NCBI GenBank assembly: GCA_965222615.1
Contig: CBDCUI010000008.1
Location: 1,034,705 to 1,098,704, forward strand
Length of the DNA stretch: 64,000 bases
Reading direction: 5' to 3'
Source: Gammaproteobacteria bacterium
GTDB lineage: Bacteria > Pseudomonadota > Gammaproteobacteria > UBA4575
Below, piece by piece: positions 41,030 to 50,796 of the stretch; the stretch's first letter is position 1, and the number at the start of each line of letters is the position of its first letter. The notes beneath the pieces are model-generated. The model did not search any database. It was not told the origin of the DNA and saw only the letters and a program-made list of their open reading frames with translations. Position numbers and translations under genes: made by a program.

Positions 41030-42316
41030 TTAAACGATAACCTCAAAAGGTAATACTTGTACTACATCACCTACATCCACACCTTTAGACTCCATTGGTA
41101 AAATAATAAAGCAGTTTGCATCAGACATAGAACGTAGAATTCCAGAACCTTGTGCGCCAGTTTTCTTTACTTCGTGCTGAGTAGGATCATTTTTGTTAGT
41201 GTCTAAAACACCACGTTGATATTCAATTCGACCGGGTCTTTTACGTAGCTTTGTTTGGCAGATTGCATTAATTATTAACGGCTCGTGTAAATTTGTTCCC
41301 ATCATTTTTTTAAGTGCAGGCTGTACAAACATATAGAACGTAACCATTACTGAAACTGGATTACCGGGTAGACCAAAAAACCACGTATTGTTTATCTTGC
41401 CAAAGGCTAAAGGTCTGCCAGGTTTTATTGCGACTTTCCAAAAGTTTACTTCGCCAAGTTCTTCTAAAGTTTCCTTTACAAAATCTGCTTCTCCTACGGA
41501 CACACCTCCAGAGGTAATAATAACATCGGCTTGATTAGCTGCATTTGTAAATGCTTGCATAACTGCATCTTTGTCATCTTGAATAACACCCATATCGATG
41601 ATTTCAACACCGAGCCGCGACAGCATGCCATATAAAGTGTACCGGTTACTGTCATAGATTTGTCCTTTTTCTAAGATACTACCAACCGGGCGTAACTCAT
41701 CACCTGTTGAAAAAAAAGCTACACGCAATTTTTGATAAACCTCTATTTCACTAATACCCACAGATGCAAGCAGACCTAATTCTGCTGGTGTAACCAACTT
41801 TCCTGCAGCAACGACAGTTTCTCCAATTGTAATATCTTCGCCAGCTTGGCGTACGTTTTGCCCTGGTTTATTTGTATGATCAATTAAGATCTGATCACCT
41901 TCTTCGCTTACTATTTTCTCAACATGTTCTTGCATAACAACGGTATCTGTACTTTGTGGCATTACTGCACCTGTCATGATGCGGACGCACTCATCTTGAT
42001 TTACAGATCCTAAGAATAGTTGACCTGCCCAAGCTGTTCCAATCACTTTAAAAGCTTGTTGACCTTGTGACGGGATTAAACTGCTATGTAGTGCGTATCC
42101 ATCCATAGCAGAGTTGGTATGACCAGGAACATCGATCTTAGAGTGAATATTTTTTGCCGTAACTCGATTGAGTGCTTCTCTTATTAACAGTTTTTCAGAC
42201 TTTGACTGAACATTTACAGTATTTAATATTTGCTGCAGGGCTTTCTTGGCATCTAGAGATGATGGATCAAAATCATCCATGCAACTAGGATCGTATTTTG
42301 TATTACTTGCTGTCAT
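41030..42316 (-). CDS. moeA: molybdopterin molybdenumtransferase
   Basis: SAMDGYA, RIMTGA, STGDEL, SGGVSVG, KPGRP, LPGNPVS. Confidence 0.95.
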   Translation of the reverse strand: MTASNTKYDPSCMDDFDPSSLDAKKALQQILNTVNVQSKSEKLLIREALNRVTAKNIHSKIDVPGHTNSAMDGYALHSSLIPSQGQQAFKVIGTAWAGQLFLGSVNQDECVRIMTGAVMPQSTDTVVMQEHVEKIVSEEGDQILIDHTNKPGQNVRQAGEDITIGETVVAAGKLVTPAELGLLASVGISEIEVYQKLRVAFFSTGDELRPVGSILEKGQIYDSNRYTLYGMLSRLGVEIIDMGVIQDDKDAVMQAFTNAANQADVIITSGGVSVGEADFVKETLEELGEVNFWKVAIKPGRPLAFGKINNTWFFGLPGNPVSVMVTFYMFVQPALKKMMGTNLHEPLIINAICQTKLRKRPGRIEYQRGVLDTNKNDPTQHEVKKTGAQGSGILRSMSDANCFIILPMESKGVDVGDVVQVLPFEVIV

Positions 42317-42391
42317 GTTGTACTTAACTAGTGGTGTTTCCTATATTATAAGTATAATTTTAGTTATAGTATGAACTTAAGATCTTACACT

Positions 42392-42540
42392 TAAGGAAAT
42401 TCTGATTTATCCTGCCTTAATTAATTTTTTTGGTCGTTAAAAAATGTTGAGAAACGCTCATGTATTCGTATATACACTCCACTTTCTCAACATTTTTTGC
42501 TTCATCTCAATCATTGCATTAATAAATCAGAACTTCCTAA
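42392..42540. mobile_element. palindromic MITE-like element, family A copy 2
   Basis: TAAGGAAATTCTGATTTAT..AATAAATCAGAACTTCCTAA; 16-bp stem AAAAAATGTTGAGAAA/TTTCTCAACATTTTTT; core CTCATGTAT..ATACACTCC. Confidence 0.8.
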
Positions 42541-42580
42541 ATCTAATATAATTAGAACTTTTGCCATATTCAATTTTTTA

Positions 42581-43597
42581 ATGTTGATACTAGATAAAAA
42601 GTCAATTTGTCGTAGCTTTTTCAAGCAATTAATTCTTGGATGCTTGATAAGCATAGCAGGTTTGACGAATGCCGAATGGCTTACTGAAGATGCAACCATT
42701 ATGGGCACTACAATCCGTGTTGAAGTTTGGCATCCAAAAGAAGAGGTGCGACAGAAAGGCGCTCAACTAGTGTTAGAAGAGATGGAACGTATCAATCGTC
42801 TAATGAGCCCATATATTGACCAAAGCCAGTTATCTAAAATAAATAAGTATGCACATGAAGGCCCCATTGAGATTGATAAAGATCTGTTTGCAGTAATTAA
42901 GAAATCTTTAGAAATTTCTGAGCTCACACAAGGGGCGTTTGATATCACATATGCTAGTGTAGGTCATATGTTCAATTATAGAAAAAAAATTAAGCCAAGT
43001 GATATTGAAATAGATCGGGCAAGAGAATTCATTAATTATAAAAATGTAATTTTAGATCATGAAAAATGCACCGTGTCGTTTGCAAAACAGGGAGTAAAGA
43101 TCGATCTAGGAGGGATTGCAAAGGGTTTTGCTGTCGATCAGGGAATTAATGCCCTAATAGATCTAGGTGTTGAACATGCGTTGGTTTCTGCGGGGGGAGA
43201 TACACGTATTTTAGGGGATCGATTAGGGAGGCCTTGGTTGGTAGGCATCCGCGATCCAGAAAACCCAGATGAAGTTGCTGCAATGTTGCCTTTACAAAAT
43301 GAAGCATTATCTACATCAGGAGACTACGAACGGTTTTTCATTGAAGACGGGGTTAAATATCATCACATTATTAATCCTGGTACGGGTAAATCAGCAAGTG
43401 GCTTACGCAGTGTTTCGATTTTGGGTACTGATTCAACTACAACTGACGCTCTTTCAACTAGTATTTTTATTTTAGGTGTAGATGAAGGACTCGCATTGCT
43501 AGATGAATTAGCAGATATAGAAGGTGTCATTATTGATCAAAAGGGGAAGCTTTATTATTCAGAAGGTTTAAAGAGAGAAGAAAAGCCATTGGAGTAA
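42581..43597 (+). CDS. apbE: FAD:protein FMN transferase
   Basis: IMGT, GAFDIT, DLGGIAKG, STSGDYER, HHIINP.TG, DALST. Start 42581 is inferred; the upstream ORF extension lies in the MITE. Confidence 0.93.
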   Translation: MLILDKKSICRSFFKQLILGCLISIAGLTNAEWLTEDATIMGTTIRVEVWHPKEEVRQKGAQLVLEEMERINRLMSPYIDQSQLSKINKYAHEGPIEIDKDLFAVIKKSLEISELTQGAFDITYASVGHMFNYRKKIKPSDIEIDRAREFINYKNVILDHEKCTVSFAKQGVKIDLGGIAKGFAVDQGINALIDLGVEHALVSAGGDTRILGDRLGRPWLVGIRDPENPDEVAAMLPLQNEALSTSGDYERFFIEDGVKYHHIINPGTGKSASGLRSVSILGTDSTTTDALSTSIFILGVDEGLALLDELADIEGVIIDQKGKLYYSEGLKREEKPLE

Positions 43598-43780
43598 AAT
43601 AACTCATTGAGTTTTGTGATGCAGTTCTCTTTACATTTTTTAACAATTTATCTCTATACCGTTTATCTGTTGTTCATGACCGTTTGTACTTCTGTCACGG
43701 TTACACATTTATAACTCAAGAATAATTCCGATACAGAGTCCTAGTTAAATCAAGGACATAGTGGAATTAAGTTTTATGTA

Positions 43781-43802
43781 TAAGTCACATGGTAGTGACT
43801 TA
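43781..43802. promoter_or_regulatory. perfect 8-6-8 palindrome, candidate operator
   Basis: TAAGTCAC-ATGGTA-GTGACTTA, ~55 bp upstream of the cytochrome gene start. Confidence 0.4.
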
Positions 43803-43855
43803 GTATAAAGTTAATTATGGAACGTATAGGGAAATTAAGTTTATTGGAGTTGGAT

Positions 43856-46786
43856 ATGAAAAGGAATTTTTCGCACCTTTCAATTGTACTTATTGCTTTG
43901 TGCAGTATTGCAATGATATTGCCAAGTTGTAAGACCGGCTCGACCACATCAACATCAGGTTTTACTACAATCAATGGTGATTACCCGATCGTATATGCCG
44001 AGAGAAATCTAGATGCGGCAGGCAACCCAACGGATGGTGTGATTTTTTCACCTGGTGGCGATCTGATGTATAAAGATGCATCTATTCCTACTATTCTCCC
44101 TATGAATATCACTGCTGGATATACCCAAGGACAAGGTGACGTTTCAGACCCCGCAGTTAATTTTGATGCAACCAAAGTTGTGTTTTCTATGCGTGGTCCA
44201 AATGACACTACATTTAGCCTTTGGGAAATGGATGTCGCTACAAAACAAATTTCACCTTTAATGACAGATCCTGTTGCAGCGGAATTTGGTAACGATGTTG
44301 ATCCAGCATACTTACCTGATGGAAGAATTGTATTTTCATCTGATCGACAGAAGAGAATGCAAGAAATGCTACAAGAACAGAACATCGTAAAATATAAAGG
44401 TCTTGACGAATATGAGCGAGAGGAATTCTTATCGTTGCATATTTTTAATCCTGATACTCAGGACATTGAACAGATTTCATATAATCAAAGTCATGACCGT
44501 AATCCCACCGTACTTAAAGACGGTAGGATTATGTTTAGTCGCTGGGATCACTTAGCCAATCGAAATCATTTTCCGATATTTACCGTTAACCCAGATGGGT
44601 CAGACATGTTTGTTCTATATGGAGCATTTAGCCCTGGTAACTCTTTTTTGCATCCAATGGAAATGCAAAGTGGAAATGTAATGTCTTCCTTGATGCCATT
44701 ATCTGATACCGATGAAGGTGGGGCACTTTATTCTATTGATGTTAAAAATTATTCAGAGCACTGTGAACCAGCACCTGGAGTTGTACCAGGATGTAATGGG
44801 CAAGCTTATGCACTTTTTAACAATAAGCCTGTAACCATTGATGGTAGCTTTTCACCAGGTGGAAGATACAGTACACCTTACCCATTATGGGATGGAACCA
44901 ATCGTGCATTGGTTTCTTATGCCATTGCACCAAATGAGTTAGTCGGTGGTATACCGACAGAAACCCATCCAATGACCGGTGAGGTAAAACAAGTATTTGG
45001 TCCCACCAAATACCAAATTTGGATGTTGGATTTTAATCAGCCTGTGGCACGAGTTGTTGAAACTGCGCCAGTTGGTAAAGCACTCTTGGATCCAGTACCT
45101 CTTTATCCTCGTGCCTTAGCAGATGTGCCTAATATCATTCCAGATAAACCCAAAGATGATGCTTTGGCAGTGGAGCCTAACGGTTTAGGTGGTCAAGGCA
45201 TGGGTATCTTAGGCGTGAAATCGGTTTATCACGTAGACTTTTTAGACATCATGGGTGACCGTGTAGCTAAAGAAAGTTTGGGTGAGAAAATTCCAAAGCT
45301 GCCAGATGGAACTCCTGACTTGCTGAGAATGAAAAATCCAAATAATGCTCAAGATTATTTACAAAGACCAGGTTATTTTGCTCGTGTAACCCGTGCAATT
45401 CCAACACCTCCAGGAATTCGTATGAGAGCGATTGGGCTTACTAATTTTGAGATGCAAGAAGTATTGGGGTATGTACCGGTGGAGCCTGATGGTTCGCTAT
45501 TAACCAAGGTACCTGCAGATTCATCACTGACTATTTCTGTGTTAGATAAGTCTGGAAGAGCATTCCAGACACATACCAACTGGTTACAAGTTCGCCCTGG
45601 TGAAATACGTACCTGTAATGGTTGTCACTCTCCGCGTCGTTCATTGAGTTCCATTAATGTTGCCCCAGTGGCAGGAAATCATGCCAATGCCTTAGGTGAA
45701 GAGACCATGGCGGAAACCCGTGCACGTTTGAATAATGAAACTGCACCAAGTTTGTCAGACGATTTAGTATTTGCTGAATACTGGTCTAATGGACTAGAAC
45801 AAGATTTCACACTCTCATTGGCTAATTTAACAACACCTGTACCTGATAACGGTAGAATTGATTATGTTAAGCATATTCAGCCACTGTGGGATAAAGACCG
45901 TGGTACAAACACTTGTACGAACTGTCATCGCAATAGTTTACTTACAGATCCTATTTCTGCTGGATTAAGTCTTGAGGGTGGTTTACCTGGGAATGGAGGG
46001 CATGTAATTTCTTATAAAAATTTATTACATGGACCATTTAAACTTGATGAAAATGGTAATCCACTTCCACCAATTGTAAGACCCGATGGTAAAGTAGTTT
46101 TTCTACGTGGACCTAAACTCGTAAAAGTTGGTAATTCAGCTAATAGCTCAAGAACCAGTCACCTTATTGAAACGATTTACAATAGTGAATTACGAAGTAA
46201 TCAAAATATAGGACCTACAGACCATGCATCGATGTTAAGCGATGATGAAAAATGGTTAATTTCAACTTGGGCTGATATTGGTGCTCAATATACAAATGAG
46301 CCTTATGAGTTAGTAAATGGGCAATATGTATTACGTGATGATATTTTCTCAACACGAAGCGTGAGTAGATCCGTGTTTAATCAAGATATACATCCAATTT
46401 TGCAAAATGAATGTATGAGTTGTCACAAGCCATCAGGAAATAGTGGCGAGTCTACAGTTGATCCGAATCTATTTGCTGACGAGGCAAGTGATGACGATGG
46501 CTTTAATCGTTTTGTGTTAACTGGCAATCAGAGTGGTGACTTCAACGTTACACGCGCCATGATTAATGATCTGTGTGATCCACCTAATAATGATTTATTG
46601 TTACGACCTAAGTCAGATAATGTTGCGCCTAACTTGCCGCATCCACAAATCCTTGTAGATCCGGATGACCCTGATAATACCGCCACTCAGCCGGTATTCT
46701 CAGACACTGGTCCAGGATCCTCCTATGACACTATTTTGACCTGGATTAGCATGGGTGCAGCTAGAAACCCAACTTGCCTAAATTAA
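43856..46786 (+). CDS. HzsA-related beta-propeller (PD40) / three-heme c-type cytochrome lipoprotein
   Basis: Lipobox LPSC; PD40-like repeats (DPAYLPDGRIVFSS, HDRNPTVLKDGRIMFSRWD); hydrazine synthase alpha middle domain-like PVEPDGS..VRPGEIRTCNGCH; CTNCH; CMSCH. Confidence 0.8.
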   Translation: MKRNFSHLSIVLIALCSIAMILPSCKTGSTTSTSGFTTINGDYPIVYAERNLDAAGNPTDGVIFSPGGDLMYKDASIPTILPMNITAGYTQGQGDVSDPAVNFDATKVVFSMRGPNDTTFSLWEMDVATKQISPLMTDPVAAEFGNDVDPAYLPDGRIVFSSDRQKRMQEMLQEQNIVKYKGLDEYEREEFLSLHIFNPDTQDIEQISYNQSHDRNPTVLKDGRIMFSRWDHLANRNHFPIFTVNPDGSDMFVLYGAFSPGNSFLHPMEMQSGNVMSSLMPLSDTDEGGALYSIDVKNYSEHCEPAPGVVPGCNGQAYALFNNKPVTIDGSFSPGGRYSTPYPLWDGTNRALVSYAIAPNELVGGIPTETHPMTGEVKQVFGPTKYQIWMLDFNQPVARVVETAPVGKALLDPVPLYPRALADVPNIIPDKPKDDALAVEPNGLGGQGMGILGVKSVYHVDFLDIMGDRVAKESLGEKIPKLPDGTPDLLRMKNPNNAQDYLQRPGYFARVTRAIPTPPGIRMRAIGLTNFEMQEVLGYVPVEPDGSLLTKVPADSSLTISVLDKSGRAFQTHTNWLQVRPGEIRTCNGCHSPRRSLSSINVAPVAGNHANALGEETMAETRARLNNETAPSLSDDLVFAEYWSNGLEQDFTLSLANLTTPVPDNGRIDYVKHIQPLWDKDRGTNTCTNCHRNSLLTDPISAGLSLEGGLPGNGGHVISYKNLLHGPFKLDENGNPLPPIVRPDGKVVFLRGPKLVKVGNSANSSRTSHLIETIYNSELRSNQNIGPTDHASMLSDDEKWLISTWADIGAQYTNEPYELVNGQYVLRDDIFSTRSVSRSVFNQDIHPILQNECMSCHKPSGNSGESTVDPNLFADEASDDDGFNRFVLTGNQSGDFNVTRAMINDLCDPPNNDLLLRPKSDNVAPNLPHPQILVDPDDPDNTATQPVFSDTGPGSSYDTILTWISMGAARNPTCLN

Positions 46787-46807
46787 TAGTTAAAACAGAG
46801 GTTTGTC

Positions 46808-47317
46808 GTGAAACTATTGCGGCTGGTGCTACTAGCCGCAGTAGCACCAATAGGTCTTTTTCAAGGCTGTGACAGTACGTCTAATGAAGCACTACCAAAT
46901 AGTGGTGTAAGTCTGTGCATTAATCAGTACGAACAATGTATTGATCCTATTTTTCAAAATCTAACAAACACTGGTGCGACTTGTTCACAAGCAGGTTGTC
47001 ACAATTTACCAGGTGGTGTGCCAGCAGGTGGATTTGGTTTAAACCCCGGTGCTGCAATTGGTTCCACAGAAATGGTGATGAATTTTACAGCAGTGGAAGC
47101 CAGAACACTTAACAATAATTTATTACTCAATAAGGCAACAACGTCAAATGGTACTTCTCATGGCGGCGGACAGCAGCTTAGAGTAGGAGACGTTTGTTAC
47201 AACGCCATCGCAGAATGGCGGGGGGTATCAGCTCCTAGCGACGGATCACCGTGTAACTTAACGTCATTTTCATTATGCGTTAACAATGCTGCACTTGTTT
47301 CATCCTGCGGGCCGTAG
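46808..47317 (+). CDS. Cys-rich lipoprotein, putative cytochrome c (CX4CH)
   Basis: Lipobox-like FQGC; IDPIF...CSQAGCH; HGGG motif; 9 Cys. Confidence 0.6.
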   Translation: MKLLRLVLLAAVAPIGLFQGCDSTSNEALPNSGVSLCINQYEQCIDPIFQNLTNTGATCSQAGCHNLPGGVPAGGFGLNPGAAIGSTEMVMNFTAVEARTLNNNLLLNKATTSNGTSHGGGQQLRVGDVCYNAIAEWRGVSAPSDGSPCNLTSFSLCVNNAALVSSCGP

Positions 47318-47326
47318 GAAACCTAT

Positions 47327-48121
47327 ATGTTAAACACTAAAAAATATAAAAATTGCCACGCAACGACAAAGTATATAACTCACTTATTTTCGGTGTTTTT
47401 ATTTATTGCGTTAACAGTAATTCCATTTTCATCGGCATGGGCAGAAAAAGAATATCAGCGTTTAAAAATTGTTGATGCTTACATTGAGTTGCATACAGGG
47501 CCAGGAAGAGGCTATCCAATTTTTCATGTAGTTAAACGACATGATTGGGTTGAAGTTATTAAGCGTAAAACAGATTGGTTTAAAGTTAAAACTGATCGTG
47601 ATGTAACGGGGTGGGTAAGTCGCGAACAGATGGAGCGCACTTTAACAGTTGCAGGTATCCCAAAGTCTTTTAGAGATATTTTGTATGACGATTATTTGCA
47701 TCGACGTATAGAGTTTGGAATATCTGCTGGAGATTTTGATAGTGATCCAATCGTGTCAGCTAGGTTAGCATACAAATTTACAGAAAATATAGCTTTAGAG
47801 TTTCAAGTTTCAAAAGTTGCAGGCAAATTATCGAGCTCTGATATCTATGGTGTAAATTTGGTTTCTTTACCTTTTCCAGATTGGCGTCTTACACCACATT
47901 TTACAATCGGTTACGGACGTTTTGAAAACGAACCTAAAGGCGCCTTAATTCAACAAATTGATACTGAAGATGATTTTGCCAATCTTGGAATTGGGGCACG
48001 TTATTACTTAACGCGAAGATTCTTTTTACGTGCTGATTATCGTCGTTACATCGTTTTATCTGAAGATGATAGGAATGATGAATTTGATGAAATTAGTGCA
48101 GGGGTTTCATTTTTTTTCTAA
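47327..48121 (+). CDS. SH3-domain + outer-membrane beta-barrel protein
   Basis: Signal AWA; bacterial SH3 (LHTGPGRGYPI..DWFKV..GWV); barrel ending GVSFFF. Confidence 0.78.
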   Translation: MLNTKKYKNCHATTKYITHLFSVFLFIALTVIPFSSAWAEKEYQRLKIVDAYIELHTGPGRGYPIFHVVKRHDWVEVIKRKTDWFKVKTDRDVTGWVSREQMERTLTVAGIPKSFRDILYDDYLHRRIEFGISAGDFDSDPIVSARLAYKFTENIALEFQVSKVAGKLSSSDIYGVNLVSLPFPDWRLTPHFTIGYGRFENEPKGALIQQIDTEDDFANLGIGARYYLTRRFFLRADYRRYIVLSEDDRNDEFDEISAGVSFFF

Positions 48122-48144
48122 TGCTTAACTCATAGGGACATCTT

Positions 48145-48783
48145 ATGAAAATGCGATATTTAATATTTTTACTACTTGCTATCGTTTTACAGCCAGCATT
48201 TGCTGATGACGATGCGCCAGCACCTGAGTCTACACAGGAGCAAGTAATTGAGCCTGATATTTATCGTCGTGATATCAATGTGCCACGCATTGATACCGAG
48301 AATTTTGAAATCAGTGCTTACTACGGGGTTCTAGATGTCGAAGATTTTGGTACCGAGCCTGCTTATGGTCTCAGAGTTGCGTACCACATCACCGAAGATT
48401 TCTTCCTTGAAGGGGCCTATGGCATGTCAGAAACATCTGATGAGACTCTAGAAAACCTGACGACATTTAATATTTTGCGAGACGAAGACATTACTTATTA
48501 CAGTCTTTCAATTGGTTACAACATATTTCCCGGAGAAATTTTCTTAGGGCGAAATTTTGCAATGACTAGTAGTTTTTACCTGATGGCTGGAGTAGGCAAT
48601 GTGGAGTTTAACGAAGAAGATGAGTTTGCCTACAACGTAGGATTTGGTTTTAAGGTTCTGCCTACTGATTGGCTGTCTTTGCGTTTAGATGTACGAGATA
48701 TTGTTTATGAGACAGATCTTCTTGGTGATAACGAGTTTACCAATAATTTCGAAATAACAGCCAATGTAGGCGTTTTTTTCTAG
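48145..48783 (+). CDS. outer-membrane beta-barrel protein (GltA/B-like)
   Basis: Signal AFA; IDTENFEI, AYHITEDFFLE, GYNIFPGE; terminal F. Confidence 0.8.
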   Translation: MKMRYLIFLLLAIVLQPAFADDDAPAPESTQEQVIEPDIYRRDINVPRIDTENFEISAYYGVLDVEDFGTEPAYGLRVAYHITEDFFLEGAYGMSETSDETLENLTTFNILRDEDITYYSLSIGYNIFPGEIFLGRNFAMTSSFYLMAGVGNVEFNEEDEFAYNVGFGFKVLPTDWLSLRLDVRDIVYETDLLGDNEFTNNFEITANVGVFF

Positions 48784-48832
48784 GTTATATATTTACATTG
48801 AATAACACTAACTATTCGTGAAAGGGACAGAC

Positions 48833-49342
48833 ATGAATAAAAAATTAATTTTAGTTCAAGCATTCATTATAGCGTTATCACTTTGTGTAATAAGTGTCGT
48901 TACTTATGCAAATGTTAAAGCAGATGCTGCACCTGATTTTGTTTTGAAGAGCGCTTCCGGGCAAAACATCAGATTAAGTGAATTAAAAGGTAAAGTTGTA
49001 ATGTTAAATTTTTGGGCAACTTGGTGTGGCCCATGCGCAGAAGAGATTCCTCATCTAAACAAGCTACATGAATCATTAGATTCATACGACTTTGAGCTTT
49101 TAGGAATTAATTTAGATGAGGATCAAGCTAAAGCTTTGCATCTTGCTAGAAAACTTGACGTAAATTTCCCAGTTTTGTTTGATGATGAAAAAAATGTGAG
49201 TAAAAGTTTTTCAATTGATGCAATGCCCACGACAATCATAATTGATCGTAGTGGAAAAATACGACATGTCAACCGTGGATATAAAAAAGGTTATATAGAA
49301 CGTTATTACAGACAAATTCAAGCATTGCGTAGGGAACAATGA
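48833..49342 (+). CDS. TlpA disulfide reductase family protein
   Basis: APDF, LNFWATWCGPC, AMPTT. Confidence 0.92.
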   Translation: MNKKLILVQAFIIALSLCVISVVTYANVKADAAPDFVLKSASGQNIRLSELKGKVVMLNFWATWCGPCAEEIPHLNKLHESLDSYDFELLGINLDEDQAKALHLARKLDVNFPVLFDDEKNVSKSFSIDAMPTTIIIDRSGKIRHVNRGYKKGYIERYYRQIQALRREQ

Positions 49343-49611
49343 TGAGGAAGCACTTGTTAAAAAATTATTTATTAAAAGTCCTACTCATTATTTTTATTTT
49401 TGGATGTAGTTCATGTTCATCATTTAGGCTACCTAAAATTCCAAAAATTGAACCTTGGGTTGCGCCATATGAAAGAGAATACTTAGCAGATCCAATTATG
49501 AGTTTTAATAAAGACCCGCTTTCCAACAAATATAGGCAGCACGTTTTTAATACACGTGAAGGTGCTCGTGGAGCAGGGTATGCACATGGAGGCGGTTGCG
49601 GCTGTAATTAA
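49339..49611 (+). CDS. DUF4266-domain lipoprotein
   Basis: VAPYEREYLADPIM, REGARG, C-terminal GGGCGCN. Confidence 0.9.
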   Translation: MMRKHLLKNYLLKVLLIIFIFGCSSCSSFRLPKIPKIEPWVAPYEREYLADPIMSFNKDPLSNKYRQHVFNTREGARGAGYAHGGGCGCN

Positions 49612-49642
49612 TAGCATGTGTGAATATCTAGGAAAAATAATA

Positions 49643-50761
49643 ATGCTGAACAAAATATTCGTCGGAATCGTTTTGTTTAATATTTGTTTGCCTACTAGTG
49701 TGATTGCGGCAGTACTGCCAGATGAACGAGCTGATGCAGGTTATCACTACTATGATGGCGATGGAGTGGAAGTAGATGGGCCTACTTTTCTAATTCGTAA
49801 AAATTTCGCAAGTAAATTTTCTGTTTATGGAAGCTATCATCACGATAGTATCAGTGGTGCATCACCTGACGTATTAGCAGGTGCAAGTAGATACAGTGAA
49901 GACCGTGATGAATTTACAATCGGTGGTGCTTATTTGCGTGATAACACGATTTTAGATTTATCCTACACCCATAGCGATGAAGATGATTATCAGTCTGATA
50001 CCGTAAATTTTGATATTTCGCATGAAATGTTTGGTGCCTTAACTACGGTTAACATCGGTGCATCGATTGGTCAGGATGATGTTGAGCGAAATGATTTATC
50101 AAGTTTTTCAGAAGATTTAGATCGATACTTGTTCCGTGCCGGTGTCTCACAAGTTTTAACCAAGACTTCAGTTTTAGGCTTTGACTATGAAGCCACAGTA
50201 GAAGAGGGATTTCTCAATAATCCATACCGGTTTGTATTTGTAAACGGAGTGTCCCTTGGCAGTGGCTCAGAGCGCTATCCCCGTACCCGAACAGGCCAAG
50301 CCTTCGCACTACGAGGTATTAAATATTGGCAACATCGGGCCTCAACTTCGCTCGGTTATCGGTTTTATAGGGACACTTGGGATATTCGCGCGCATACCAT
50401 AGACCTAAATTACTCACAATATATTGGAAATCAATGGGTTGCGGATATTTATGGACGTTATTACAGCCAGGATGAGGCAGATTTTTTCAATGACAATTTC
50501 AGCACAGCCATGCGTTATATGGCGCGAGATAAAGAGTTGAGTTCATTTGATAGTTATTCAATAGGAGCTCGTGTCCGTTATGACTTATTTAAGGATTACA
50601 AATTTTTACGTACCGCATCAATTAATCTCGCAGTGGAATATTTGGACTATGACTACGACGATTATTCAGGAATTAAATCTGTTGCAGACACAGCGAGCTT
50701 GGGAAGTGGCTATTCGTTTGATGCAACGACAATTCAATTTTATTTTTCAGTTTGGTACTAA
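49643..50761 (+). CDS. DUF3570-family outer-membrane beta-barrel, predicted flavinylation substrate
   Basis: VLPDERAD, DSISGAS, GFLNNPYR, ERYPRTR, YRFYRDTW, ARDKELS; terminal aromatic residues. Confidence 0.88.
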   Translation: MLNKIFVGIVLFNICLPTSVIAAVLPDERADAGYHYYDGDGVEVDGPTFLIRKNFASKFSVYGSYHHDSISGASPDVLAGASRYSEDRDEFTIGGAYLRDNTILDLSYTHSDEDDYQSDTVNFDISHEMFGALTTVNIGASIGQDDVERNDLSSFSEDLDRYLFRAGVSQVLTKTSVLGFDYEATVEEGFLNNPYRFVFVNGVSLGSGSERYPRTRTGQAFALRGIKYWQHRASTSLGYRFYRDTWDIRAHTIDLNYSQYIGNQWVADIYGRYYSQDEADFFNDNFSTAMRYMARDKELSSFDSYSIGARVRYDLFKDYKFLRTASINLAVEYLDYDYDDYSGIKSVADTASLGSGYSFDATTIQFYFSVWY

Positions 50762-50796
50762 AAATGTAATTAGAAGATTGTTTATGGAGATCGAAC

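Noticed and set aside
37780-42316. Absence of moaC/moaD as an incomplete Moco pathway
   Set aside because: Moco genes are already split into two groups here, so the others may lie outside the window.
42497-42580. Extended N-terminus of ApbE in the ORF track
   Set aside because: It begins inside MITE copy A2; the signal-like region starts later.
43856-46786. Hydrazine synthase / anammox
   Set aside because: Only an HzsA-like domain is present. There is no hzsB/C or hdh, and the context is gammaproteobacterial.
49556-49642. Upstream start for DUF3570 (MKVLVEQG/MEAVAAV)
   Set aside because: Shadow frame of the DUF4266 GGGCGCN codons; the signal peptide fits the ATG at 49643 better.
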